From Nitrospirota bacterium (lineage in GTDB: Bacteria > Nitrospirota > Thermodesulfovibrionia > Thermodesulfovibrionales > Dissulfurispiraceae): a stretch of 64,000 nt of DNA. Made by a program: the position numbers and the translations under genes. The stretch spans positions 1 through 64,000 of the forward strand of contig JBFMCP010000016.1 in assembly GCA_040754455.1 (NCBI GenBank). The letters run 5' to 3'. The notes under the pieces were generated by a model, which saw only the letters and a list, made by a program, of their open reading frames with translations, was not told the origin of the DNA and ran no database searches. Below are positions 43,130 through 53,058 of this stretch, in pieces (positions within the stretch are counted from its first letter, which is position 1; each line of letters opens with the position of its first letter).

Positions 43130-43918
43130 ATGAAGACAGTAAAAGAGACCGTGCTCATTGCTGCCGTAGGGGACCTTCACTACACCAAATCTTCCCAGGG
43201 TGCCCTGCAGAAGGTTTTCAGCCAGATCACCGAGAGCGCCGATGTGTTGCTCCTTTGCGGCGACATTACCGATACCGGCCTGCCCGAAGAGGCGCGGGTC
43301 CTTGCAAAGGATGTGACGTCGTACATAAAGATCCCGGTCATCGCTGTCCTCGGCAACCATGATCTCGAGAGCGGCAAGAGCACCGAAGTCCATGATATCT
43401 TTCAGAATGCGGGTATCACCATTCTCGACGGCACTGCCTGTGAGTTCAACGGTGTCGGCTTTGCCGGCGTCAAAGGGTTTGCCGGAGGTTTCATGCAACG
43501 AATGCTGCAGCCCTGGGGCGAAGAGGCCATCAAACATTTTGTTCAGGTATCGATCGACGAGACCCTGAAGCTGGAGTCGGCGCTGGCGAAACTGAGTACC
43601 GACCAGCGGATCGTCCTCCTCCATTACTCTCCTGTCCGTGACACTGTTGAGGGGGAGAATCTGGAGATATTCCCTTTCCTCGGCTCCAGCAGAATGGAAG
43701 AGCCGCTCAACCATTATCAGGTGACCGCAGCCTTTCACGGCCACGCCCATTCAGGCAGTCCCGAAGGCCGGACCAAAGGCAATATTCCGGTCTACAATGT
43801 GGCTATGCCGCTTCTGCACAGGACCTTTCCCGATCAACCGCCCTTCCGCCTGCTCGAGGTGCCGGTAGGACATAAGGTTTCAAATACCTCCCCCGGTCTC
43901 TGCCCGAGTGTCTTGTAA
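43130..43918 (+). CDS. calcineurin-like metallophosphoesterase
   Basis: DLH, GDITD, GNHD, LHY and HGHAH motifs. Confidence 0.9.
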   Translation: MKTVKETVLIAAVGDLHYTKSSQGALQKVFSQITESADVLLLCGDITDTGLPEEARVLAKDVTSYIKIPVIAVLGNHDLESGKSTEVHDIFQNAGITILDGTACEFNGVGFAGVKGFAGGFMQRMLQPWGEEAIKHFVQVSIDETLKLESALAKLSTDQRIVLLHYSPVRDTVEGENLEIFPFLGSSRMEEPLNHYQVTAAFHGHAHSGSPEGRTKGNIPVYNVAMPLLHRTFPDQPPFRLLEVPVGHKVSNTSPGLCPSVL

Positions 43919-43927
43919 GGAGACCTT

Positions 43928-44686
43928 ATGAATACGTGTGGCTCACAGAAAAGCGAACGTACCCCTGAAGCCCGCATGTTTTACTACAATGCGCTCCTCC
44001 TGGCGAGTAAGGCGAAAGTACCCTTCCTCGTGGGCGGCGCCTACGCTCTTAAAAGCTACACCGGCATCACCAGGGAAACAAAAGACCTCGATCTGTTTGT
44101 ATGCCCCCAGAACGTTGAGAGTATGTTAAAGGTCTTTTCCGATGCCGGCTATCAGACCGAGATCACCGCTATCCATTGGCTCGCAAAAGCCTTTTTCGGC
44201 GACTATTTCGTCGATTTTATCTTTAACTCGGGGAACGGCTTCAGCATGGTCGATGACGAGTGGTTCAAGTATGCGTCTGATGAAGAAATTCTGGGCATAC
44301 CGGTCAAGATCTGTCCTGCAGAGGAAATAATTACGCAGAAAGCATTCATTATGGAGCGCGAGCGCTACGATGGCGCCGATATCGCCCATCTCCTCCGCGC
44401 ACGCGCCGAGAGCCTCGATTGGGAGCGGCTCCTCCGCCGCTTCGGCCCCCACTGGCAGGTGCTCCTCAGCCACCTTATCCTTTTCGGCTTTATCTATCCC
44501 TCTGAGCGCAACCGCATTCCGGCATGGGTCATGCGGGAGCTCCTCGACCGGCAGGAGGTGGAGCTGACGAGTCCCCTCCCGGCAGAGCGGATCTGCCAGG
44601 GGCCGCTCATTTCAAGGACACAGTATGCGATCGATGTCGAATGCTGGGGCTACAGGGATATCATCGAGCTCATACGTACACTCTGA
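43928..44686 (+). CDS. Pol-beta-superfamily nucleotidyltransferase
   Basis: FLVGGAYAL...RETKDLDLF, FVDFIF and RERYDGADI motifs. Confidence 0.85.
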   Translation: MNTCGSQKSERTPEARMFYYNALLLASKAKVPFLVGGAYALKSYTGITRETKDLDLFVCPQNVESMLKVFSDAGYQTEITAIHWLAKAFFGDYFVDFIFNSGNGFSMVDDEWFKYASDEEILGIPVKICPAEEIITQKAFIMERERYDGADIAHLLRARAESLDWERLLRRFGPHWQVLLSHLILFGFIYPSERNRIPAWVMRELLDRQEVELTSPLPAERICQGPLISRTQYAIDVECWGYRDIIELIRTL

Positions 44687-44791
44687 AACGGCCGTATGCT
44701 GCAGCTTCCGCGCTCCCTCCTTCAAAAGCACATATCTGTTATAATTGAATTGAAATCCGCTGCACAGCAGGCAAAGCTCATCTACATATAA

Positions 44792-45322
44792 ATGGACGAT
44801 AAAGAAAAAATCATATCCGATATCCAGGAGATATCGAAACGGTTCAGGAACATCGTCGTGAGCGGCGAGGAGGGCGTCGGCAAGATCACCAATACCCTCA
44901 AGGCGCTTCAGCATGCTTCCAATGTCTACTACGTAGGCAATCCCGTCGATTATATCGGCAAACCGCGGCCCAAGGGCTATGACAAATATATCAATTACAT
45001 CATGTCCTTAAAGAGCGACATGCGCATCATCGCCAACGAGGACGATATTCTCTCCCTCGACTTCTCTCTCCTGGAAGGCAGTGATGCAACCCTGGTTATC
45101 GATGAAATTTATGGCCGGAGCGATGCGCAACTGGTAAAAATACAGGAAATCCTCGACAGCAACTTGCGCAACGTCTTTCTTATCACAGGGTGCCTCAAGA
45201 ACATCGGCAGAATCGTCCACGGCATCAATGCAGTGCTCATGCTCACCCCTGACGGCGTACTGCTCTTCGATAAAGAATTTGCCGTTAAGGTATGCACCAT
45301 ATTAAGGCCCGAAGCAGTATAG
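44792..45322 (+). CDS. small P-loop-like hypothetical protein
   Basis: IVVSGEEGVGKI (Walker A-like, lacks T/S after K) and LVIDE (Walker B-like). Confidence 0.6.
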   Translation: MDDKEKIISDIQEISKRFRNIVVSGEEGVGKITNTLKALQHASNVYYVGNPVDYIGKPRPKGYDKYINYIMSLKSDMRIIANEDDILSLDFSLLEGSDATLVIDEIYGRSDAQLVKIQEILDSNLRNVFLITGCLKNIGRIVHGINAVLMLTPDGVLLFDKEFAVKVCTILRPEAV

Positions 45323-45590
45323 CCGGGCTCATTGCGCCGGGCCCCGAATATTCCACAACGACAGTTCCAGCGTGTTACGTTGCCGATAAGGCTTCCGGGA
45401 AACAGTGTGAAAATCAAAGGTTCGCTTCTCTTTTTTTTGAGCTACAATTAGAGTAGATGTAAGGCTCTGATCCACAGTGTTCCACGGTTCCCGTGCCTGA
45501 AAATCAGGAGCGGCACTGCAATGGATCATCTCTGTAATGAAGCGCTCTGCGACAAAGCCGCGGAGAGTCGAAGTTGAACAAGGGATAAGA

Positions 45591-47675
45591 ATGGAAAGGG
45601 AGACCATCAGACTTCTTCTTATCGAGGATGACCCCGATGACGCCCAGCTGGTACAGAGACTCCTGTCCAGAGCGGGCACCATCTCCTTCGAGATAACCCA
45701 CGTCTCCAGACTTTCAGAGGGGCTCGACCGGCTTGCTGAAGCCTCCTTTGCAGTCATTCTCCTCGATTTGTGGCTCCCCGACAGCCGTGGATACGATGTA
45801 CTCCGGGCAGTTCACGAAAAGGCGCCTGAAATGCCGATTATTGTGCTTACCGGTCTTGCCGATGAAGAGGTTGCCGTCAAAGCAGTCCAGATGGGTGCAC
45901 AGGACTACCTCGTGAAGGGCCAGATGGACGGTAATCTGCTGGTCCGCTCGATACGCTATGCGATAGAGCGCACGAGAGCCGAAGAGGCATTGAGGGAGAG
46001 CGAAGAGCGATACCGCGAACTGGTGCAGAACGCCTGCAGCATCATCATTAAAGTCGATACCGAAGGGAACATCACGTTCTTCAATGAATTCGCACAGTCG
46101 TTCTATGGATACTCCGAAGACGAAGTCATCGGCAAAAATATCGTACTCACTCTGACGCCCTACTCTGATGTCGCAGGCAAGGACCTCTCGGCAATGCTCA
46201 GGATGGTGAAAGAGGCACCCGAGCGCTACCACAAAAGCGAGAGCGAGAGCATGCGCAAGGACGGCGAGCGGGTCTGGATCGTCTGGACCGCCAAGGCCAT
46301 ACGCGACCATTCAGGGACGGTCACCGGCATCCTTGCCGCTGGACAGGACATTACCGATCGCAAGCGGATGGAAGAGGCCATCTGGCACCAGGCATATCAT
46401 GACATCCTGACCGATCTTCCCAATCGTATGCTCTTCATTGATCACCTGAACCTCGCTCTCACCCAGGCACGACGGCACCGCCATATGATGGCGGTTATGT
46501 TTCTCGACCTCGACCGCTTCAAGTCGATCAATGACTCTCTGGGGCATGCCATCGGCGACCAATTGCTTAAGGCAGTCGCCTATCGGCTGAACAATTACCT
46601 CCGCGAGGGCGACACGGTCGCCCGTATAGGGGGCGACGAATATACCGTACTGCTGCCGCAGGTCAGCCATGAGGAGGATGTGATGACTATTGCACAGAAA
46701 ATCATCTCGGCCTTTCAGCACCTCTTTACGGTCAACCATCACGAACTCCACATCACGGCAAGCATCGGCATCAGCCTTTATCCGGGCGATGGGGACGATG
46801 TGGATACCCTGCTCAAGAATGCCGACATCGCCATGTACCATGCCAAGGAGCAGGGGAGGAACAACTACCAGTTCTATAATCCTTCCATGAACATCAGGAC
46901 AATGGAGCGCGTCATCCTCGAGAACAGCCTCCGGCAGACCCTGGAGCGCAAGGAATTGCTGCTGTACTACCAGCCCCAGGTCGATATCGCCACGCGACAG
47001 ATCGTCTGCGCCGAGGCGCTGCTCCGCTGGAACCATCCTGAGTTGGGGATGCTCAATCCCATGCACTTTATCCCGCTCGCCGAGGAGACCGGTCTCATTA
47101 TACCCATTGACGAGTGGGTGCTCGAGACCGCCTGTGCGCAGAACAAGAAGTGGCAGGATGCTGGACACGCCCCGCTCTGCGTGACGGTGAACCTCTCGGC
47201 GCACCAGTTCCAGCAGCCGAATCTCTCCGAAACCATTTCAGAGGTACTCCGTAGGACGGGCCTCGACCCCCGATGGCTCGAGCTCGAGATCACCGAGAGC
47301 ACCGCCATGCAGAACATCGACACCACTATCCCCAACCTGACCAAACTTACTGAAATGGGCGTTACCGTCGCCATCGATGATTTCGGCACCGGCTACTCAT
47401 CGCTCAGTTACCTAAAGAAGCTCCCCATTCAGAAATTAAAGATCGACAAATCGTTCATCAGCGGTCTCACCATCGACCCTGATTATGAAGCCATTGTCAA
47501 TGCCGTGATCGCAATGGCCCACACGCTGAAGATGCGCGTCATTGCCGAAGGGGTCGAGACAGAAGAACAGCTCTCTTTTCTCCACTCAAGCCATTGTGAC
47601 GAAATCCAGGGCTTCCTTTTCAGCAGGCCACTGCCCGCGGAAGACTTTGTCGAATTGACTGCCGTATATGGCTGA
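45591..47675 (+). CDS. REC-PAS-GGDEF-EAL signalling protein
   Basis: LLIEDD...LLDL receiver domain, PAS/PAC, REGD..RIGGDEY, AEALLRW and DDFGTGYSS. Confidence 0.95.
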   Translation: MERETIRLLLIEDDPDDAQLVQRLLSRAGTISFEITHVSRLSEGLDRLAEASFAVILLDLWLPDSRGYDVLRAVHEKAPEMPIIVLTGLADEEVAVKAVQMGAQDYLVKGQMDGNLLVRSIRYAIERTRAEEALRESEERYRELVQNACSIIIKVDTEGNITFFNEFAQSFYGYSEDEVIGKNIVLTLTPYSDVAGKDLSAMLRMVKEAPERYHKSESESMRKDGERVWIVWTAKAIRDHSGTVTGILAAGQDITDRKRMEEAIWHQAYHDILTDLPNRMLFIDHLNLALTQARRHRHMMAVMFLDLDRFKSINDSLGHAIGDQLLKAVAYRLNNYLREGDTVARIGGDEYTVLLPQVSHEEDVMTIAQKIISAFQHLFTVNHHELHITASIGISLYPGDGDDVDTLLKNADIAMYHAKEQGRNNYQFYNPSMNIRTMERVILENSLRQTLERKELLLYYQPQVDIATRQIVCAEALLRWNHPELGMLNPMHFIPLAEETGLIIPIDEWVLETACAQNKKWQDAGHAPLCVTVNLSAHQFQQPNLSETISEVLRRTGLDPRWLELEITESTAMQNIDTTIPNLTKLTEMGVTVAIDDFGTGYSSLSYLKKLPIQKLKIDKSFISGLTIDPDYEAIVNAVIAMAHTLKMRVIAEGVETEEQLSFLHSSHCDEIQGFLFSRPLPAEDFVELTAVYG

Positions 47676-47715
47676 GCACTTTACTGCATCCGTTCAAAAA
47701 GCATAGAATACGTTC

Positions 47716-48126
47716 ATGTTCATGCTCCATCCCCGATTGAAAGAGGATACCGTTGAGGTCACCCGGCTCCGTCTCTCCCTGGTGCTCCTGATGAACGACC
47801 GTGCTCTGCCCTGGCTCATACTTGTCCCCGCGCGGAAGGAGCTTCGTGAAATTCACGATCTTGACCGGAATGACCGCCGGGTGCTCATTGAGGAAATTGC
47901 TCTCGCCTCCGCCATCATCAAGCGGCTCTATCTGCCTGATAAAATCAATGTCGGCGTGTTGGGGAACCTGGTTCCCCAGCTGCATGTTCATGTCATCGGA
48001 CGGTTTGCTGCAGACCGTGCCTGGCCTGGGCCCATCTGGGGCACCGGCCCCTCAACTCCTTACACGCCCGAGGAACTGAACCTTCATTGCACAACGATCA
48101 GAGAGGCCTTTCAGAAAGGAGCCTAA
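47716..48126 (+). CDS. HIT-family hydrolase
   Basis: PWLILVP and GNLVPQLHVHVIGR..D.AWP motifs. Confidence 0.9.
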   Translation: MFMLHPRLKEDTVEVTRLRLSLVLLMNDRALPWLILVPARKELREIHDLDRNDRRVLIEEIALASAIIKRLYLPDKINVGVLGNLVPQLHVHVIGRFAADRAWPGPIWGTGPSTPYTPEELNLHCTTIREAFQKGA

Positions 48127-48127
48127 C

Positions 48128-48427
48128 ATGAAACCGTTTGTTTTATTGGCAGCGATCGTATTCGCGTCCCTCTCTGCTGCAGCTGAAACGCCAACCGATA
48201 CGCGGCTCACCAACCTCCGGAACCGTATTGAGCGGGGCAGAATTACCGGTGAGCTTACGACGAATGAATCGGCGCGGCTCAAAACAAAACTTGATACCCT
48301 CAAACACAAAAAGGCGCGCATGGAAAGGGAGGGGATGACCCCGGAGAAAACAAAAGAGCTCGATCGCATGATATTCATGCTCGAGAGGGAGACGGACCGG
48401 ATGACGCATAATCTGGAACGGAAATAA
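48128..48427 (+). CDS. small secreted helical protein
   Basis: Signal peptide; RIERG...GELT..E.ARL repeat-like motif; AAGGAG RBS. Confidence 0.65.
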   Translation: MKPFVLLAAIVFASLSAAAETPTDTRLTNLRNRIERGRITGELTTNESARLKTKLDTLKHKKARMEREGMTPEKTKELDRMIFMLERETDRMTHNLERK

Positions 48428-48575
48428 ACACCAGAAGCTGGATATCTTCCCTAAACTACCCTCTACTGACATACCCGAAGGGCATCAGGTAAAATAAAGA
48501 TCAAAGATCAAAGATTAAAGAGAAAAGAACAAGAATAAGGAACTATTTTTCTCTTTTATTTTTGATTTTGGAATT

Positions 48576-50432
48576 ATGATCCAGGTCAGCAACGTATACA
48601 AATCCTACGGACGGCAGGTTATCTTCGACGACATCGGCTTCAGCATCAATGCAGGCGAGCGCGTCGGGCTCGTCGGCCGCAATGGCAGCGGCAAGACCAC
48701 CCTCTTCCGCCTGATCCTCGGAGAAGAGCGTCCCGACTCCGGGACCATCGGTATCCCGAACGGCTATCGCCTCGGCCACCTCGCACAGCACCTCCACTTC
48801 ACCGAGACCTCGGTGCTCAGGGAGGGGTGTCTGGGGCTTAGACCCGCAGAGGATGGAAGGGATGAGACATACAAGGTAGAGACAATCCTGACCGGCCTGG
48901 GATTCACCGAGGAGGATTTTGCCCGCCACCCCTCTGAGCTCTCCGGCGGTTTCCAGATCCGGCTCAACCTTGCCAAGCTGCTCGTTTCCGAGCCCAACCT
49001 CCTCCTGCTGGACGAGCCCACCAACTACCTGGACATCCTTTCGATACGATGGCTCACCCAATTTTTGCGGAACTGGAAGGATGAGCTTATTGTTATCACC
49101 CACGATAGAAATTTCATGGACAGTGTGACGACGCACACGATGGGTATCCATCGCTGCAGGATACGCAAGGTTGCGGGACCGACACAGAAACTTTATGACC
49201 AAATCCTCCTTGAAGAGGAGGTCTATGAGAAGACCCGCGTCAACGATGAAAAAAAGCGGGCGGAGATCGAACAGTTCATCAACCGTTTCAGGGCCAAGGC
49301 GACAAAGGCCCGCGCAGTCCAGTCGAAGATAAAGGCCCTAGGGAAAAGGGAGCGACTCGAAAAGATGTCCGAGCTGCAGAACCTTGATTTCTCTTTCAAT
49401 GCCGCTCCATTCACCGGAAAGACTCTTCTCGAAACAAACGACTTAACCTTCTCTTTTACCCCCTCATCCCCTCCGCTCATCGCGGGATTGAGCATATCGA
49501 TTGGAAAAGACGACCGCGTTGCCATTATCGGAAAGAACGGCAAAGGGAAAACAACGCTGCTCAATCTCATGGCCGGAGAGCTCACGCCCCAACAAGGCGT
49601 GGTCACCCGTCACCCCCAGCTGAAGCTCGCCTATTTCGGCCAGACCAACATACAGCGCCTCAACCCGAAGAAAACCATAGAGGAAGAGATCCTCGATGTG
49701 CTCCCTGAATACAACCGCACCGTCGCCCGCACGATCGCCGGCATCATGATGTTCGACGGCGACAAGGCGCTCAAGAAGGTATCGGTGCTCTCAGGCGGTG
49801 AGCGGAGCAGGGTGCTCCTGGGAAAACTGCTCGTCAGTCCCGCGAATCTCCTCATGCTCGACGAGCCGACCAACCACCTCGATATGGAATCCATCGATTC
49901 GCTGATCGAGGCGTTGGAGGCCTTTGACGGAGCAGTCGTGATCGTTACCCACAGCGAGCTGATCCTCCACGCCCTCGCCACACGCCTGGTGGTCTTCGAC
50001 GACAACGGCGTAAGCGTCTTCGAGGGTACCTATCGGGACTTTCTCGACAGGGTCGGATGGAAGAACGAAGAGCTCCGGAATGCCGGTTCCCGACAAAACG
50101 GAGATGATCACAACAAGGCTGCCACGAAAAAAGATCTCCGCCGCCTCCGTGCCGAGCTCATCACCGACCGCTCAAAAACATTAGGAGCGCTCCAGAAGAG
50201 GATTGCCGAGATCGAGGATACCATCGTGCGGATGGAGAAGCAAATCGAAAGGGACAATACTGCGCTTCTCGATGCCTCTGTCAAAGGAGAAGGAGAATCC
50301 ATTAAGCTATTGTCCAAATCGCTGCACGAAGCGAAGACCGGCATCGACCGCCTCTTCGATGAGCTCGCACTACTCACCGAAGAGCTGGAAACGAAGACAA
50401 AAGAGTTCGATGAAAAGCTGCATGCACTGTGA
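48576..50432 (+). CDS. ABC-F family ATPase
   Basis: Two ABC domains (GRNGSGKT/LSGG/DEPTN and GKNGKGKT/LSGGE/DEPTNHLD), no TM segments, C-terminal coiled coil. Confidence 0.93.
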   Translation: MIQVSNVYKSYGRQVIFDDIGFSINAGERVGLVGRNGSGKTTLFRLILGEERPDSGTIGIPNGYRLGHLAQHLHFTETSVLREGCLGLRPAEDGRDETYKVETILTGLGFTEEDFARHPSELSGGFQIRLNLAKLLVSEPNLLLLDEPTNYLDILSIRWLTQFLRNWKDELIVITHDRNFMDSVTTHTMGIHRCRIRKVAGPTQKLYDQILLEEEVYEKTRVNDEKKRAEIEQFINRFRAKATKARAVQSKIKALGKRERLEKMSELQNLDFSFNAAPFTGKTLLETNDLTFSFTPSSPPLIAGLSISIGKDDRVAIIGKNGKGKTTLLNLMAGELTPQQGVVTRHPQLKLAYFGQTNIQRLNPKKTIEEEILDVLPEYNRTVARTIAGIMMFDGDKALKKVSVLSGGERSRVLLGKLLVSPANLLMLDEPTNHLDMESIDSLIEALEAFDGAVVIVTHSELILHALATRLVVFDDNGVSVFEGTYRDFLDRVGWKNEELRNAGSRQNGDDHNKAATKKDLRRLRAELITDRSKTLGALQKRIAEIEDTIVRMEKQIERDNTALLDASVKGEGESIKLLSKSLHEAKTGIDRLFDELALLTEELETKTKEFDEKLHAL

Positions 50433-50565
50433 TATAAATCCTAAACAAATTCAAATGCTCAAAACTCAAGACAGATTGGGTCATTTGAATTCACAGTTTT
50501 GCCGACTTGTTTAGAATTTCGTATTCAGGATTTGCCTTTTAGCATTTCTCTTTCGAGGAGACGAG

Positions 50566-51819
50566 ATGAGCAACGTTAAAGCGAGCAACACAGCAGCCGG
50601 TCAGACCGGGATGAGCACGATACTGACTATTCCCGTCCTCGTATCAGCGCTCGGGTACTTCGTCGATATCTACGATCTCATCCTCTTCAGTATCGTGAGG
50701 GTCCCCAGCCTTACAGAGCTGGGACTCCGGGGACAGGCGCTCCTCGACAAAGGCGTTTTCATCCTCAACATGCAAATGGCCGGTATGCTCCTGGGAGGCA
50801 TCGTCTGGGGCGTCCTCGGTGATAAAAAGGGGCGCTTGAAGATACTCTTCGGCTCCATATTCCTCTACTCCATTGCGAATTTCGCCAACGGGTTTGTCGC
50901 TTCCGTCGAGCAGTATGCCCTGCTCCGTTTTATCGCAGGCGTCGGCCTGGCCGGTGAACTGGGAGCAGGGGTTACGCTGGTGGCCGAAATCCTTCCCAAG
51001 GAATTCCGCGGTTACGGGACCATGGTTATTGCCGCAGTAGGGGTATCGGGGGCGATTCTTGCGAACACGATCGCAGAGCATTTCGACTGGAGAACAGCCT
51101 ATTACATCGGAGGAGGCCTCGGTTTCCTGCTGCTCATCCTGAGGATCAGCGTGTATGAGTCGGCTATGTACAAGCAGATAGAAACCATGCATATCAGTAA
51201 GGGGAATTTTTTCAGCCTCTTCACGAACCGGGAACGATTCTCCCGTTACCTGCGGTCCATCTGCATAGGAATTCCCATCTGGTTCGTTGTCAGCATCCTC
51301 ATCACGCTCTCCCCTGAATTTGCGAAGGCGCTCCGGATTGCCACACCGGTTTCAGCAGGTAAAGCCGTCATGTTCTGTTATCTCGGCCTTGTCTTCGGCG
51401 ATTTTTCGAGCGGTGTACTGAGCCAGTTTCTGAAGAGCCGCAAGAAGGCGGTATGCCTGTTCACCCTGCTCACCGGCGTTTTTGTCATCATCTATTTCTT
51501 TCTCCACCAGGCGAGCGCAACGCTGTTTTATAGCATCTGTTTCGCCTTGGGCATCGCTATCGGCTACTGGGCGCTCTTCATTACCATCGCAGCCGAACAG
51601 TTCGGCACCAATATACGCGCCACTGTTGCCACGACTGTCCCAAATTTCGTGCGCGGCATGGTCGTCCCCATTACTATGCTTTTCCAGGTCGCAAAGAAAC
51701 AGTTCGGTATCCTCCAGGGCGGGGCATTAGTGGGAGCGGTCTGCTTCGCCATAGCCCTATACGCTCTCTACCGTTTGGAAGAGACCTTCAAAAAAGACCT
51801 GGATTATATCGAAATCTAA
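50566..51819 (+). CDS. MFS transporter
   Basis: GYFVDIYD, G.LGDKKGR, RFIAG.GLAGE and AEQFGTNIRAT motifs. Confidence 0.9.
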   Translation: MSNVKASNTAAGQTGMSTILTIPVLVSALGYFVDIYDLILFSIVRVPSLTELGLRGQALLDKGVFILNMQMAGMLLGGIVWGVLGDKKGRLKILFGSIFLYSIANFANGFVASVEQYALLRFIAGVGLAGELGAGVTLVAEILPKEFRGYGTMVIAAVGVSGAILANTIAEHFDWRTAYYIGGGLGFLLLILRISVYESAMYKQIETMHISKGNFFSLFTNRERFSRYLRSICIGIPIWFVVSILITLSPEFAKALRIATPVSAGKAVMFCYLGLVFGDFSSGVLSQFLKSRKKAVCLFTLLTGVFVIIYFFLHQASATLFYSICFALGIAIGYWALFITIAAEQFGTNIRATVATTVPNFVRGMVVPITMLFQVAKKQFGILQGGALVGAVCFAIALYALYRLEETFKKDLDYIEI

Positions 51820-51933
51820 GAGAAGACGGCCCCGTCGGTATCACATTTCTGCGTGCAGCACTTGTTTTAGCCGCACCATCTGATACAATACATTCAATAG
51901 GCACATCGTTATTCTTCTTAGGGGATATAGTTC

Positions 51934-53058
51934 ATGGGCAAACATCTCGTTTTGGTCGGCGGCGGACATGCGCACCTCACGACCATCCTGAGGCTGGAGG
52001 ATTATATCAGGCGTGGTCACCGCGTGACCCTCGTCAGCGCCGATGCCTATCATTACTATTCCGGCATGGGACCGGGCATGCTCGCCGGCATCTACCGTCC
52101 GCAGGATATTCGCTTTCATATCAAAAAAATGTCCGAGGACCGCGGCGCGGTATTTTTCGAGGACAGGGCAGTGAAGATCGACCCGGCACAGCACGTGCTC
52201 CGTCTGCAATCAGGCAAACAGCTTTCCTATGATGTCGTTTCTTTCAATACCGGCAGCGACGTGCCGAAAGAATCCCTGAACGGTTCCGGAGAACGTATCT
52301 TTACCGTTAAGCCGATCATCAATTTATTGCGAGCCCGGAAGTATATCCTCGAGCACATAGAGTCCGGACCGCTGAACATTGTGGTTATCGGCGGCGGCCC
52401 CGCAGGGGTCGAGGTCGCTGGAAATGCCTGGAGGCTTGTTTATAACCATCACGGCACCGCACGGATCATCCTTATTGCCGGACAGCGCCTTTTTCGCGGA
52501 CTTCCTGATAAGGTGCGTTCGCTCGCAATGGATTCGCTGAGCAGTCGCAGCATCGAAGTTCTTGAAGATATCCGTGCGACAAAGATCGAACAGGAATCGA
52601 TCAAACTCTCAAATGGAAGAACCCTCTCTTTTGACATCGCCTTCATTGCTTCCGGTGTCAGGCCTTCTTCTCTATTCAGGGACTCCGGCCTCCCCGCCGG
52701 AGAAGATGGCGGCCTGCTCGTCAATGCGAATCTGCAGAGCATAGCTCATCCTGAAATTTTTGGCGGCGGCGACTGCATCAGCCTTGAGGGCCATCACCTC
52801 CCAAAGGTCGGTGTCTATGCCGTAAGAGAGAATGAAATCCTCCATCATAATCTTTGTGCTGCCCTCGACGGCGGCACCATGAGGACCTTTGAACCGCAGA
52901 AGATCTACCTGCTCATTTTCAATATGGGCAACGGCAAGGGAATATTCTGGAGAAACAACCTCGTCTGGGACGGCAGGACCGCCTTTAGCCTGAAAAATTA
53001 CATTGATAATAGATTCATGAAAAAGTTCCAGGTTTCCGGGGAACGGGAGGAGGAGTGA
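51934..53058 (+). CDS. FAD-dependent pyridine nucleotide-disulfide oxidoreductase resembling the N-terminal domain of fused SelD proteins
   Basis: LVLVGGGHAH, YYSGMGPG, VIGGGPAGVEVA, FGGGDC, PKVGVYAVR and LKNYIDNRFM motifs. Confidence 0.85.
   Translation: MGKHLVLVGGGHAHLTTILRLEDYIRRGHRVTLVSADAYHYYSGMGPGMLAGIYRPQDIRFHIKKMSEDRGAVFFEDRAVKIDPAQHVLRLQSGKQLSYDVVSFNTGSDVPKESLNGSGERIFTVKPIINLLRARKYILEHIESGPLNIVVIGGGPAGVEVAGNAWRLVYNHHGTARIILIAGQRLFRGLPDKVRSLAMDSLSSRSIEVLEDIRATKIEQESIKLSNGRTLSFDIAFIASGVRPSSLFRDSGLPAGEDGGLLVNANLQSIAHPEIFGGGDCISLEGHHLPKVGVYAVRENEILHHNLCAALDGGTMRTFEPQKIYLLIFNMGNGKGIFWRNNLVWDGRTAFSLKNYIDNRFMKKFQVSGEREEE

Noticed and set aside
45382..45389. GCCGATAA sigma28 -10 upstream of the GGDEF-EAL gene
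   Set aside because: No TAAA/TTTA at the 15-nt spacing.
45465..45530. Nested hairpin upstream of the GGDEF-EAL gene as a riboswitch
   Set aside because: No aptamer consensus recognised.
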